Origin: Anaerolineae bacterium
Lineage (GTDB): Bacteria > Chloroflexota > Anaerolineae > Epilineales > JAANWY01
Direction: 5' to 3'
Assembly (NCBI GenBank): GCA_046756905.1
Contig: JBHHXF010000001.1
Span: 1 to 51,710, forward strand
Length of the DNA stretch: 51,710 bases
Below are positions 34,614 to 45,839 of the stretch, one piece after another (position 1 is the stretch's first letter; each line of letters starts with the position of its first letter). The notes under the pieces are model-generated. The model made no database searches, was not told where the DNA came from, and saw only the letters and a program-made list of their open reading frames with translations. Made by a program: the position numbers and the translations under genes.

Positions 34614-36386
34614 ATGAAAACTCGAATCGTCGTGCTAGCATCACTCATCACCTTGCTCAGCATATCTGGTGTCGTCAATGCATATGAACAGCCGGCAGCC
34701 GCCGAGTCGCCAATGACTGGGGCTGCATCTGCGCTGTTGCAGGCGGACGTGACCCCGCCAGACACTGTGCTCACCGTCGGCTCACCGCGCTACAGTTCAA
34801 ACAACATCCTGTGGGTTTCTGCGCGCACGCTGCATACGCTTACCGGCGTAGACGATGTCGATCCCCCCACGGCCGTGGAGACCCTGGTTCGGTTCTATCG
34901 CCTACCGGCCGCCGGTACCCCCGACTTTCAGGTGTATACTAGTCCGTTCAACCTGTCAGGATTTGACGGTCGCTACCAGGTTGATTTCTTCAGCCGCGAC
35001 ACCGCCGGCAATACAGAGCCTGTGAACTCTCAAGTCGAAAACCTGGATACGACGCCTCCATTGACCACATGGACTGTGGGCACCCCGGTGTACTACGATG
35101 ACTTCGGGCAGCCATGGATCACCAATGAAACGTTGCACACGCTGGAAGCGGAAGACTCCGCCGCCCCAGACGGCTCGCCCGGATCGGGCTTACGAGAAAT
35201 TCGATACCAGGTCGCCGGCGGGCCGGCCGCACCCTCCTCTACCTTCATCATCTACGAGACGCCCTTCGCCATCGACGGACCCGATGGCGAGTACAACATC
35301 GACCTTTTCGCAGTCGATAACGTCGAGAATCAGGGGCAACTCCAGACGGTACAGGCCTTCCTCGACACAACGCCGCCGGCTGTCGATATTGATGGTCCAT
35401 ACGCGAACACTGAAGGTACGGAATTCACATTCGACGCAACAGGCACAATAGACGCCGGCTCCGGTCTGGCCGAGATCGTATGGGACCTGAATGGAGACGC
35501 CGTGTTCGACGACGCGACCGGGCCGACCGCCAGCCGAACCTTCGCCGACGACGGTTCATACTTCATCGGGATAAAGGCGACAGACAACCTGGGGAACAAC
35601 GACATTGTATCCACCTCGGTAGATGTCAGCAATGCCAATCCCGTTGTACTCATCACAGACATTTCTACTACCCAGCCCTATCCGGGTCAGTTGATTAGCC
35701 TGGAAGGCTCTTTCTCAGATGCCGGCTGGCTCGACACCCACACCGCTGTCGTTGACTGGGGTGATGGGCAGTCTAGCCAAGCGACAGTCAGTGAATTCAA
35801 TGAGCCGCCACAGGGGACGGGCACCTGGAGTGCCCAGCATAGCTACTCGACAATGGGGGACTACAACATCACCATCACAGTGACAGATGACGACGGTGGA
35901 TCTGGAACAGCCTCAACCCAAACACAGGTCGGCCTTTCCCCCCAGATGCCAGGAACGCTCATAGCGACCGACGAGCTCATGTTTTACCGTTTCACAGGCT
36001 CGACTCCCGGCACGTGGGGCAGCGCTCAGTGGCAGTGGCGATCCGGCCAGGGCAATCCCAGGTATTGGTGGATCGGGCAGGGGCAAGACTATCTCTTCCT
36101 CTTCTTGAAAACCCCAAATGATGCGCCTTCATATGACCCGAATCAACCCACAGCCCCCTGGCTGAACTTTTCGACAATCGCAGTGCCGCAAGAGGATTTC
36201 CAGCACTGGTTCTGGTGCGGCATCTACCTTTACGATGAGCACCACCGCACCATCGGCATCGGGTGCGACCCCCAGTGGAGTCCACCGCCTGACGGCGCCG
36301 GCTACCTCCACCCATGGATCGTCGAACGCATGCAGGAGGCCGAACCGCATATTGAGAGCATAGTCCAAGCGACATTCCAACCATGA
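34614..36386 (+). CDS. secreted PKD-domain protein
   Basis: Signal peptide. Three DTTPP-delimited modules. PKD-like modules (..FDATGTIDAG.., WGDGQSS...HSYSTMGDYNITITVTDDDGG). Confidence 0.8.
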   Translation: MKTRIVVLASLITLLSISGVVNAYEQPAAAESPMTGAASALLQADVTPPDTVLTVGSPRYSSNNILWVSARTLHTLTGVDDVDPPTAVETLVRFYRLPAAGTPDFQVYTSPFNLSGFDGRYQVDFFSRDTAGNTEPVNSQVENLDTTPPLTTWTVGTPVYYDDFGQPWITNETLHTLEAEDSAAPDGSPGSGLREIRYQVAGGPAAPSSTFIIYETPFAIDGPDGEYNIDLFAVDNVENQGQLQTVQAFLDTTPPAVDIDGPYANTEGTEFTFDATGTIDAGSGLAEIVWDLNGDAVFDDATGPTASRTFADDGSYFIGIKATDNLGNNDIVSTSVDVSNANPVVLITDISTTQPYPGQLISLEGSFSDAGWLDTHTAVVDWGDGQSSQATVSEFNEPPQGTGTWSAQHSYSTMGDYNITITVTDDDGGSGTASTQTQVGLSPQMPGTLIATDELMFYRFTGSTPGTWGSAQWQWRSGQGNPRYWWIGQGQDYLFLFLKTPNDAPSYDPNQPTAPWLNFSTIAVPQEDFQHWFWCGIYLYDEHHRTIGIGCDPQWSPPPDGAGYLHPWIVERMQEAEPHIESIVQATFQP

Positions 36387-36390
36387 CATA

Positions 36391-36419
36391 TTGACAAAAT
36401 CGTCGCTGTGTGGTACACT
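36391..36419 (+). promoter_or_regulatory. promoter TTGACA-17-TGgTACACT
   Basis: TTGACA 36391-36396 and TACACT 36414-36419 with an upstream TG. Confidence 0.45.
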
Positions 36420-36498
36420 CAATATACGAGGCGGGCATGGCTGGTCGTAACTCCCCCCGCGGCCGGTCGTGCCCGCCCCTTATCTTTCGGCCCACCAT

Positions 36499-36527
36499 TT
36501 GACAAGATGGGCCTTTCATGCTATACT
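36499..36527 (+). promoter_or_regulatory. promoter TTGACA-17-TATACT driving the T-box leader
   Basis: TTGACA 36499-36504 and TATACT 36522-36527. Confidence 0.55.
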
Positions 36528-36544
36528 GTTGCCACAATTAACAC

Positions 36545-36926
36545 CACCAAATACTGTGAACAGGACTAGTAGCCCTCGCAGCGGCGTCCCAGAGAGTCGG
36601 CGGGAGGTGTGAGGCCGATACGTACGACGAGGGTAAATGGACCTGGGAGTTGCCGGCTGAACGGGAGAGCATCCCAAGTATGCCTGGCCGGAGTCGCCAC
36701 CGTTATCAGGGCTGAGGGTATCGGAACCAATCCAGAGATGGATTAGTATCCCGTATCTGCAACGAGTGAGGCTGGCTTCACCAACGCTCTGAGAGCGATC
36801 AATCCCGCGTTTCATCGTGGGATTTTTTGTTTCCGCGAGCAGTTGGGGATGGCCGGCCTAAAGAGGGTGGTACCACGGGAAGAACTTGACCTCTCGTCCC
36901 TGCAAGGGATGGGAGGTTTTTTGTTT
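36545..36926 (+). ncRNA. T-box riboswitch leader (probable Trp specifier) with intrinsic terminator
   Basis: Canonical element order. AGTA (36567-36570), AGAGAG (36591-36596), candidate specifier UGG-A (36638-36641), F-box CCGTTA (36700-36705). Stem-III-like hairpin 36800-36826. T-box sequence AGAGGGTGGTACCACGGGA (36862-36880). Terminator stem 36890-36916 plus TTTTTTGTTT. Confidence 0.75.
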
Positions 36927-36957
36927 GAAACAGTGGTGTACCAGAGGAGATGTGATA

Positions 36958-38446
<1,489 letters not shown>

Positions 38447-38454
<8 letters not shown>

Positions 38455-38478
38455 TAAGCCACGTTTGTAGTAAGCCAC
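38447..38478. repeat. perfect tandem duplication of the 16-mer GTTTGTAGTAAGCCAC, whose first copy contains the trpE stop codon
   Basis: Copies at 38447-38462 and 38463-38478. An imperfect inverted partner (GACTACGAACAG) lies at about 38527-38541. Confidence 0.85.
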
Positions 38479-38557
38479 GCAGCGCAGCGGAGTGGCGTCC
38501 GACGGCACTCCACTTCGTTCCGTGCCTGACTACGAACAGATTTCGAGGAGGTGTACT

Positions 38558-39562
38558 ATGAGGAAAAGGAAAATCGTGTTTTCCGGCATTCAACCTTCAG
38601 GCGGTCTGCATCTGGGAAACTATCTGGGGGCAATCAAGCGCTGGGCCGCCGGCCAGGACCAGTACGACAGCATTTTCTGCGTGGTGGACCTACACGCCAT
38701 CACCATCCCGCAGGACCCGGGCTCACTGCGTGCCAACATTCGTGAGCTCACGGGTTTGTTGGTGGCGAGCGGCATCGACCCGGAGCGGAGCGTGCTGTTT
38801 GTCCAGTCCCACGTCACAGCACACGCTGAACTGGCCTGGATCTTGAACTGCGTGACACCCGTCGGCTGGCTGGAACGCATGACTCAATACAAAGAGAAAG
38901 CTGCCAAACAGGAGAGTATCGGCACCGGTCTGCTGGACTACCCGGTGTTGCAGGCGGCCGACATCTTGCTGTACCAGGCCCATCTGGTCCCGGTCGGGGA
39001 GGACCAACGCCAGCACGTCGAGCTGACGCGAGACGTAGCCGGCCGCTTCAACCACCTGTACGGCGATACCTTTGTCTTGCCGGAGGCGCTCATCGCCAAG
39101 GCCGGCGCCCGGATCATGGGCCTGGATGACCCGACATCGAAGATGAGCAAGAGCACCGAGAAGCGGTACCACGCCATCGGCATCCTGGACGACCCGGATG
39201 AGATTCGGGCCACCGTTCGCCGCGCCGTCACCGACTCGGGTCGCGAGATCATATTCAGCGACGATCCAGAAAAGGCCGGCGTCAACAACCTGCTGAGTAT
39301 CTACCAGTTGCTGTCGGAGCAGAGCGAGCAGGAGATCGAAGACCACTTCGCCGGTAAGGGATACGGCGAGCTGAAGCGCGAGGTGGCCGAGATCGTCGTC
39401 GAAACTCTGCGCCCGATCCAGCGCCGCTACCAGGAATTGGTCGAAGATCCAGCCACCATCGACGACATCCTGAAGGCCGGCGCGCAGGAGGCGAGGCGAC
39501 GCTCAACACCCACATTGCAACTGGTGAAAGAGCGGGTGGGCTTTCTGCTGCCAGACGCCTAA
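38558..39562 (+). CDS. trpS: tryptophanyl-tRNA synthetase
   Basis: Class I motifs: GGLHLGNYLG in the HIGH position, and KMSKS. GGAGG lies 6 nt before ATG 38558. Confidence 0.92.
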   Translation: MRKRKIVFSGIQPSGGLHLGNYLGAIKRWAAGQDQYDSIFCVVDLHAITIPQDPGSLRANIRELTGLLVASGIDPERSVLFVQSHVTAHAELAWILNCVTPVGWLERMTQYKEKAAKQESIGTGLLDYPVLQAADILLYQAHLVPVGEDQRQHVELTRDVAGRFNHLYGDTFVLPEALIAKAGARIMGLDDPTSKMSKSTEKRYHAIGILDDPDEIRATVRRAVTDSGREIIFSDDPEKAGVNNLLSIYQLLSEQSEQEIEDHFAGKGYGELKREVAEIVVETLRPIQRRYQELVEDPATIDDILKAGAQEARRRSTPTLQLVKERVGFLLPDA

Positions 39563-39577
39563 CCAAAGGAGCGCAAC

Positions 39578-40246
39578 ATGATTCTGGTAATCGACAACTA
39601 CGATTCGTTCACATACAATCTGGTCCAATATCTGGGGGAATTGGGGGCAGAGGTTGCAGTGCGCCGCAACGACCAGGCCACGCTGGCCGAAATCGAGGCC
39701 CTGGCACCGACACACATCCTAATTTCGCCGGGGCCTGGCACTCCGGCTGACGGGGGTATATCCAACGCCGTTATCGAACGTTTTCACCGGAAGATGCCGA
39801 TCCTGGGTGTATGCCTGGGCCACCAGTGCATGGGCCACGTGTTTGGCGGCGTAGTCAGTCGCGCCCCGCGACTGATGCACGGCAAAACATCTTCCATCTA
39901 CCACGACGGAACAAACCTGTTCGCCGGCCTCAAGAACCCTTTCACCGCCACCCGGTACCACTCTCTCATCGTCGAAGAGCCGCTGCCGGATCAACTAGAG
40001 GTCAGTGCCTTCACTGACGAGGGAGAGGTGATGGGCCTGCGCCATCGAGCCTATCCAACATTCGGAGTCCAATTCCACCCTGAATCAATTCTGACCGAAG
40101 GCGGCAAGAAGCTGCTGCGCAACTTCATGGAGACACGGGCAATTCCAGTGATCAGTGATCAGTCAACAGTGATCAGTCAACATGCCCCTACGGGGCTCCA
40201 TGAAGCACAAAAATTGACCCGTCCGTTCGGCAAGGCTTCGTCCTGA
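39578..40246 (+). CDS. trpG: anthranilate synthase component II (glutamine amidotransferase) with a repeat-derived C-terminal tail
   Basis: [30 protein letters not shown] and FGVQFHPES. The last ~32 codons ([14 protein letters not shown]...FGKASS) and the stop lie inside the foldback element. Confidence 0.9.
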   Translation: MILVIDNYDSFTYNLVQYLGELGAEVAVRRNDQATLAEIEALAPTHILISPGPGTPADGGISNAVIERFHRKMPILGVCLGHQCMGHVFGGVVSRAPRLMHGKTSSIYHDGTNLFAGLKNPFTATRYHSLIVEEPLPDQLEVSAFTDEGEVMGLRHRAYPTFGVQFHPESILTEGGKKLLRNFMETRAIPVISDQSTVISQHAPTGLHEAQKLTRPFGKASS

Positions 40247-40340
40247 GGCTCAGGACGAAGCCTCGCCCAACATCGGGGGGCATTTTTAGAGCAGTATCAC
40301 TGAATACTGTTTACTGATCACTGATTACTGGTCACTGTCA
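40146..40340. repeat. ~195-nt composite foldback: CAGTGAT/CAGTCAA heptamer arm, central hairpin GGCTTCGTCCTGAG/CTCAGGACGAAGCC (40234-40262), ACTGATC/ACTGAAT heptamer arm
   Basis: Read directly. It fills the trpG-trpD spacer and contains the trpG stop codon (40244-40246). Confidence 0.85.
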
Positions 40341-40359
40341 CGCGATGGAGGTGAACCAA

Positions 40360-41394
40360 ATGACAATCAAAGAAGCTATCGCCAGAGTTATCGAGGGCCT
40401 TGATCTTTCGGAGACCGATGCGGAAGCGGTCATGGACGAGATCATGGGGGGGCAAGCGACGCCGGCCCAGATCGGATCCTTCCTGACGGCGCTGCGGCTA
40501 AAGGGTGAGACTGTGCAGGAGATCGTCGGGTTCGCCCGGTCCATGCGCCACCACGTGATCCCTGCAAGACCGCAACGAACCGACCTGGTGGACACCTGCG
40601 GGACCGGCGGCGACGGGGCCGGCACCTTTAACATCTCGACAACGGCAGCTTTTGTCGTGGCCGGCGCCGGCCTGGGGGTCGCCAAACACGGAAACCGCTC
40701 CGTCTCCAGCCAGTGCGGCAGCGCCGACGTGCTGGAAGCCCTGGGAGCCAGCCTGCGCCTGACCCCGCAGCAGGTAGCCGACTGCATCGACGAAACCGGT
40801 ATCGGCTTTCTGTTCGCGCCGGCCCATCACCCGGCTATGAAATACGCCATCGGCCCGCGCCGCGAGATGGGCATACGCACGGTTTTCAACATCCTTGGCC
40901 CGCTGACCAACCCAGCATTCGCGCCGGCCCAGATCGTGGGCGTCTTCGATAGGGCGCTGACCGAACCGCTGGCCGAAGTGTTGATGGGGCTGGGGAGCAA
41001 GGCGGCCTTTGTGGTTCATGGCGCCAATGGACTGGACGAGCTATCTACCACCGGACTCAACCAGGTGTCCCACTTCCTCGACGGCCATGTGGAGACCATG
41101 TCTGTCGATCCCGCCACCTACGGGCTGCCCCGCGCGGCGCTGGACGACCTGCGTGGCGGCCTACCCGAGGAAAACGCCGAACTTAGCCGAGGCATTCTGC
41201 GTGGGCAAGTGACGGACTCGCGGCGGGATGTGGTGATCCTGAACGCGGCGGCGGCGCTGGTGGCCGGCGGCGTGGCCGGCGACCTGGCCGAGGGCATCGA
41301 AAAGTCAGCCGGCGCCATCGACGATGGTCGGGCCTACACAACACTCGAAGGCTTCGTCGCCTTCACCAACGCGGCAGCGGCCAAGAACTCATGA
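40360..41394 (+). CDS. trpD: anthranilate phosphoribosyltransferase
   Basis: VDTCGTGGDG, NISTTAAFV, VAKHGNRS and the TrpD body. GGAGG lies 8 nt before ATG 40360. Confidence 0.92.
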   Translation: MTIKEAIARVIEGLDLSETDAEAVMDEIMGGQATPAQIGSFLTALRLKGETVQEIVGFARSMRHHVIPARPQRTDLVDTCGTGGDGAGTFNISTTAAFVVAGAGLGVAKHGNRSVSSQCGSADVLEALGASLRLTPQQVADCIDETGIGFLFAPAHHPAMKYAIGPRREMGIRTVFNILGPLTNPAFAPAQIVGVFDRALTEPLAEVLMGLGSKAAFVVHGANGLDELSTTGLNQVSHFLDGHVETMSVDPATYGLPRAALDDLRGGLPEENAELSRGILRGQVTDSRRDVVILNAAAALVAGGVAGDLAEGIEKSAGAIDDGRAYTTLEGFVAFTNAAAAKNS

Positions 41395-42194
41395 TTCTTG
41401 ACACCATCGTCGCCCACAAGCGAGAGGAGCTTGAGGCACTCAAGTCCCAGCAACCACCGGCCGAGGTGCGAGCAGCAGCCGGCAACGCCCCGCCAGCCGG
41501 CGATTTCGCCGCTGCGTTGGCTGCGCCCGGCGTGCAGCTTATCGCCGAGATCAAGCGCGCCTCGCCATCGAAGGGCGTCTTTCGAGCCACCCTGGACCCG
41601 GTCGCGCTGGCCGAGACCTACGTCGAAAACGGAGCCGGCGCCATCTCGGTGCTGACCGACAAACGCTTCTTCCAGGGGCATCTCGACGACCTGCGACGGG
41701 TCAAGCGCGCCTATCCAGACGTTCCGGTGCTGCGAAAGGATTTCGTCATCGACCCATATCAGGTATACCAGGCGCGAGCCGCCGGCGCCGATGCCGTCCT
41801 GCTGATCGTCGCGGTGCTGGCCGACGACTTGCTGGCCGACCTGTTGATCCTGGCACATGAACTCGGCATGGACGCCCTGGTTGAGGTTCACAACGAGGAT
41901 GAGTTGAACCGGGCACTCAAAACCGGGCCACGGGTGATTGGCATCAATAACCGCGACCTGCGCGACTTCACCGTCGATCTGCGGACCACGGAGCGCTTGC
42001 GCCAGTTGATCCCCGATGGTACAATCGTGGTCGCCGAGAGCGGCATTCACACCGCCGCCGATGTGCAACGGTTGGCCCGGGCCGGCGTCGATGCCATCCT
42101 GGTCGGCGAGGCCCTGGTCACAGCCGAAGACGCCGCTGCGAAGGCGCAGGAGTTAGCACGTGCGGGCGCGGCCGAAACCCAGACTGACACCTGA
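41391..42194 (+). CDS. trpC: indole-3-glycerol phosphate synthase
   Basis: IAEIKRASPSKG, ISVLTD..FF.G and GINNRDL. ATGA overlap with trpD. Confidence 0.92.
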   Translation: MILDTIVAHKREELEALKSQQPPAEVRAAAGNAPPAGDFAAALAAPGVQLIAEIKRASPSKGVFRATLDPVALAETYVENGAGAISVLTDKRFFQGHLDDLRRVKRAYPDVPVLRKDFVIDPYQVYQARAAGADAVLLIVAVLADDLLADLLILAHELGMDALVEVHNEDELNRALKTGPRVIGINNRDLRDFTVDLRTTERLRQLIPDGTIVVAESGIHTAADVQRLARAGVDAILVGEALVTAEDAAAKAQELARAGAAETQTDT

Positions 42195-42293
42195 AGCCAG
42201 CTAGAAGCCGACTGCTGAACGAGATAACAGGTCCCAGCATATCGGTTATGTAGCGCAGTCAGTCAGGTTCATGAGGGGGAACCAGGAGTCAGG

Positions 42294-42644
42294 ATGAAAA
42301 TCGAAGGGATCATTTGGCTCAGAGACGTGGTAGACAAGCTCACATCCAAACATAACGTCGAAACCTACGAAGCAGAAAGTGAATCTAAACGCATGCCCAA
42401 ATTCAGTTCCCTTGACGAATTGGTTGAGTTCTTCGAGACCCACGACATGGGCGAATATTGGGATCAGATGCCGGAAGCTCATTTCGACATTGAGATCAAG
42501 CGAAGGACTCATCTCTTTGCCATTGATGACGAATTGGCCGAGAGGCTTACCGCAATCGCTAGGGCGAAGAGGATACCATCGGAGAGACTCATCAACGTAT
42601 GGTTGCGGGAGAAACTTGTGGAACAGTCACGGGCAGCATCATAG
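42294..42644 (+). CDS. CopG/BrnA-type antitoxin-like protein carrying a toxin-like N-terminal stub, inserted in the trp operon
   Basis: AGGAG lies 6 nt before the ATG. C-terminal ~85 aa: KFSSLDELVEFFETHDMGEYWDQM...FAIDDELAERLTAIARAKRIPSERLINVWLREKL. N-terminal 28 aa: MKIEGIIWLRDVVDKLTSKHNVETYEAE. The segment is visibly AT-richer than its neighbours. Confidence 0.6.
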   Translation: MKIEGIIWLRDVVDKLTSKHNVETYEAESESKRMPKFSSLDELVEFFETHDMGEYWDQMPEAHFDIEIKRRTHLFAIDDELAERLTAIARAKRIPSERLINVWLREKLVEQSRAAS

Positions 42645-42659
42645 ACAACACCAATCTAT

Positions 42660-43346
42660 ATGATGAAAGTCAAGATTTGCGGCATCACAAACCTCGAGGA
42701 CGCCCAGGCCGCCATCGAAGCCGGCGCCGACCTGCTGGGCTTCATCTTCTACCCAAAAAGTCCGCGCTATGTCGAACCAGAAACAGCCGCTGCCATCATT
42801 GAGGCACTCGCCCGACAGCACGCAGTACCCAGTACCCAATACCCAATATCCAATACCCAATACGCCGGCGTCTTCGTCGATGAACCCGTCCACCGCGTCC
42901 GCGACATCCTCGACCAGTGTCACCTGGACCTAGCCCAGCTTCACGGCAGCGAACCGCCAGTTGAGGTCCGACTGCTTCAGCCGCGAGCGTACAAGGCGCT
43001 GCGCCCCAGACAGCGGGGCGACGCCGAGGCAGCAGCCGCGACCTACGCGCCGGTAATGGACATCTCACCGGACCGGCCGGCCTTCCTGATCGACGCGTAC
43101 CACCCGTGGCAGTTCGGCGGCACCGGCGAGACAACAGACTGGAGCGCAGCCAAGGTTTTAGCGTGGCGCTTCCCCGTTCTGCTGGCCGGCGGCCTCACCC
43201 CCGACACTGTCGCCGATGCCATCCGCGTCGTCGAACCGTGGGGGGTGGACGTCTCCAGCGGTGTGGAAGCGGAGCCGGGGAAGAAGGATCATCGCAAAGT
43301 GCGGGCTTTCATTAAGGCAGTTAGAAGCGTGACTCGCGAAACGTGA
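42660..43346 (+). CDS. trpF: phosphoribosylanthranilate isomerase
   Basis: KVKICGITN, GADLLGFIFYPKSPRYV, AQLHG, GGTGET and LLAGGLTPD. Confidence 0.9.
   Translation: MMKVKICGITNLEDAQAAIEAGADLLGFIFYPKSPRYVEPETAAAIIEALARQHAVPSTQYPISNTQYAGVFVDEPVHRVRDILDQCHLDLAQLHGSEPPVEVRLLQPRAYKALRPRQRGDAEAAAATYAPVMDISPDRPAFLIDAYHPWQFGGTGETTDWSAAKVLAWRFPVLLAGGLTPDTVADAIRVVEPWGVDVSSGVEAEPGKKDHRKVRAFIKAVRSVTRET
42823..42864. repeat. six tandem heptamers (CAGTACC x2, CAATACC, CAATATC, CAATACC, CAATACG; 42 nt = 14 codons) in frame inside trpF
   Basis: Read directly. Translated as ..VPSTQYPISNTQYA.. Same word family (complement of GGGTATT) as 51588-51685. Confidence 0.88.
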
Positions 43347-43351
43347 AATCG

Positions 43352-43411
43352 ATTACGTACTGCGTATTCCGCGATCGAGACACGCAGTACGCAATACGCA
43401 GTACGCAATAC
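43352..43411. repeat. heptamer foldback (ATTACGT ACTGCGT ATT.. vs ACGCAGT ACGCAAT x2) in the trpF-trpB spacer
   Basis: GTACTGCGTATT pairs exactly with AATACGCAGTAC. Confidence 0.8.
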
Positions 43412-43424
43412 TCCGAGGAGTCCT

Positions 43425-44642
43425 ATGACGACTTCAACTCACACCCAAGACAAACCTGCCCGCAACGGCTATTTCGGCCCTTACGGCGGCGCATTCGTGC
43501 CGGAGACTCTGATGCCGGCCGTCACCGAGCTGGAGCGGGCATACTTCGATGCCAGGGCAGAGACCGCGTTTATGGAGCGGTTCGAGACCCTGTGCCGCGA
43601 GTACGCCGGCCGGCCAACTCCCCTGACCATCTCTTCCCAACTCACACAGGAACTGGGCGGCGCGCGCATCTACTTAAAACGGGAGGACCTGGCCCACACG
43701 GGCGCGCACAAGATCAACAACGCCCTGGGCCAGGGACTACTGGCGGAGCGTATGGGCAAACAGCGCATCATCGCCGAGACCGGGGCCGGCCAGCACGGTG
43801 TGGCGACGGCCACCGTGTGCGCCATGCTGGGGCTGGACTGTGTCATCTACATGGGCACCGAAGACATCCGCCGGCAGTCACTGAACGTGTTCCGCATGAA
43901 GCTCCTGGGGGCCGAAGTCCGTCCCGTGGACAGCGGCAGCCGCACGCTCAAAGACGCCATCAACGAGGCAATTCGCGACTGGGTTACTAACGTGCGGACC
44001 ACCTTCTACCTGCTCGGTTCGGTGCTGGGGCCCCACCCCTACCCGACCATGGTGCGCGATTTCCAGAGCGTCATCGGCCGCGAGGCCCGACAGCAGATTC
44101 TGGAACTCGAAGGCCGGCGGCCGGACATGCTGATCGCCTGCGTCGGCGGAGGGTCTAACGCCATGGGATTGTTCCACGCCTTCCGCGATGATCCTGTGGC
44201 CTTAGTTGGTGTGGAGGCCGGCGGCGAAGGCATCGAAACGGGTAAACATGCCGCGCGCTTCAGCGATCCGCGGATGGGCCGGCTGGGGGTACTGCATGGC
44301 ACGAAGACGTTCGTGTTGCAAAACCCGGACGGTCAGATCGCTCCGACTCACAGCATCTCAGCCGGCCTGGACTACCCGGCGGTGGGGCCAGAGCACAGCA
44401 TGTTTCGCGACCTCGGCCGCGCCGAGTACACCTACGCCACGGACGCGGAGGCGCTGCACGCCTTCCAGCGTCTGTCAGAGGCAGAAGGCATCATCCCTGC
44501 GCTTGAATCCGCCCACGCCGTGGCAGAGGCCATCAAACGCGCACCACAGATGTCAACCGACGAGATTGTAATCGTGAACCTCTCTGGGCGTGGAGACAAG
44601 GACATGCACACCGTGGCCGACGCTCTGGGGGTGACACTATGA
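43425..44642 (+). CDS. trpB: tryptophan synthase beta chain
   Basis: [27 protein letters not shown] and GGGSNAMG. Confidence 0.95.
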   Translation: MTTSTHTQDKPARNGYFGPYGGAFVPETLMPAVTELERAYFDARAETAFMERFETLCREYAGRPTPLTISSQLTQELGGARIYLKREDLAHTGAHKINNALGQGLLAERMGKQRIIAETGAGQHGVATATVCAMLGLDCVIYMGTEDIRRQSLNVFRMKLLGAEVRPVDSGSRTLKDAINEAIRDWVTNVRTTFYLLGSVLGPHPYPTMVRDFQSVIGREARQQILELEGRRPDMLIACVGGGSNAMGLFHAFRDDPVALVGVEAGGEGIETGKHAARFSDPRMGRLGVLHGTKTFVLQNPDGQIAPTHSISAGLDYPAVGPEHSMFRDLGRAEYTYATDAEALHAFQRLSEAEGIIPALESAHAVAEAIKRAPQMSTDEIVIVNLSGRGDKDMHTVADALGVTL

Positions 44643-44654
44643 TCAGGGAATAGC

Positions 44655-44749
44655 GTAGGGGCGAGGCAGGTCGGAGAGCATGTTCTTTTGCTAGTGAACC
44701 CTCATTCCGACCTGCCTCGCCCCTACTTTCCGACCTGCCTCGCCCCTAC
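44655..44749. repeat. 21-mer GTAGGGGCGAGGCAGGTCGGA plus two tandem exact complements (44706-44726, 44729-44749) in the trpB-trpA spacer
   Basis: Reverse complement verified by hand. Confidence 0.9.
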
Positions 44750-44780
44750 ACCGCACCGACATAACGAAGGGACACATCCC

Positions 44781-45575
44781 ATGAGCCGAATTACACCTAC
44801 TTTCGAGAAACTGCGTCAGGCCGGCCGGCCGGCCCTCATGCCCTACCTCACCGTTGGCCATCCGCGACCGGACTTGACGGTAGACCTGGTATCGGCGGCC
44901 ATCGAGGCCGGCGCGGACCTGATCGAGCTCGGTATCCCCTTCTCTGACCCGCTGGCGGATGGAGCTACTATCCAGCAGGCGACACACCAGGCCCTGGAGC
45001 ATGGCACAACGGTCGAAACGTGTCTTCAAACCGTGGCTGAACTGCGAAGGCGCGGCCTCGAGACCCCGCTGATCCTCATGGGCTACTTCAACCCAATCTT
45101 CCAACGCGGCATCACCCGGTTCTGTGCGAATGCAGCCACGGCCGGCGCCGATGGCCTGATCGTCCCTGACCTGCCGCCCGAGGAAGCCGACGAGCTTCGG
45201 CAGGCGTGCCGCGCTCACGACATTGATCTGATCTTCCTCCTGGCGCCCACCAGCGACGATGCGCGCATCCGCCGCGTTGTGGAGCTGTCAACGGGTTTCA
45301 TCTATCTGGTTTCGCTCATCGGTGTGACTGGGGCTCGGGACCACCTGCCGGCGGACCTGGAAGCTTTCGTGCAACGTGTACGCGAGCAGACCCATTTGCC
45401 GCTGGCCGTCGGATTCGGCATCGGCAGTCCTGAGGAGGCACGCCGCGTCGCTCGCGTGGCCGACGGGGTCATCGTCGGCAGCGCTATCGTCCGGCGGGCC
45501 GGCGAGAGCGCGGAACCGGTGAAAACCGTTCGCGATTTCGTCCAATCTCTCCACCAGGGACTGAATATCCGATAA
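44781..45575 (+). CDS. trpA: tryptophan synthase alpha chain
   Basis: [25 protein letters not shown] and VGFGI. ATG 44781 after GAAGGGA. The ORF-track start 44688 lies inside the repeat. Confidence 0.92.
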   Translation: MSRITPTFEKLRQAGRPALMPYLTVGHPRPDLTVDLVSAAIEAGADLIELGIPFSDPLADGATIQQATHQALEHGTTVETCLQTVAELRRRGLETPLILMGYFNPIFQRGITRFCANAATAGADGLIVPDLPPEEADELRQACRAHDIDLIFLLAPTSDDARIRRVVELSTGFIYLVSLIGVTGARDHLPADLEAFVQRVREQTHLPLAVGFGIGSPEEARRVARVADGVIVGSAIVRRAGESAEPVKTVRDFVQSLHQGLNIR

Positions 45576-45839
45576 GCCGCTACTCGTCTCAGCGCCGAGA
45601 CGCGGGACCGTGGCCGTCGCTGCACATCGTCCTTCGCCGATTAGTTTCCCTCACTGTATCATCCCTGACAAAAAGACAAGCCTCAAGGCGCAACAAAAAT
45701 CGACCCGGAACGTCTAAAGTTTCGGGAATACATAAGAAGCGTTGAGGAGGTGAGTCTATGTAGCTTACCCACTCTCGATCATCACAACCTGGCGGTAACG
45801 TCTATCCACTTTTCACCACTCACCAAGGAGGAAACCGTT

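Noticed and set aside
36800-36835. Hairpin followed by TTTTTTGTTT that looks like a first terminator, or a sign of tandem T-boxes
   Set aside because: No T-box sequence (GGGTGGTACC-like) precedes it. Its position between the F-box and the T-box fits Stem III of a single T-box leader.
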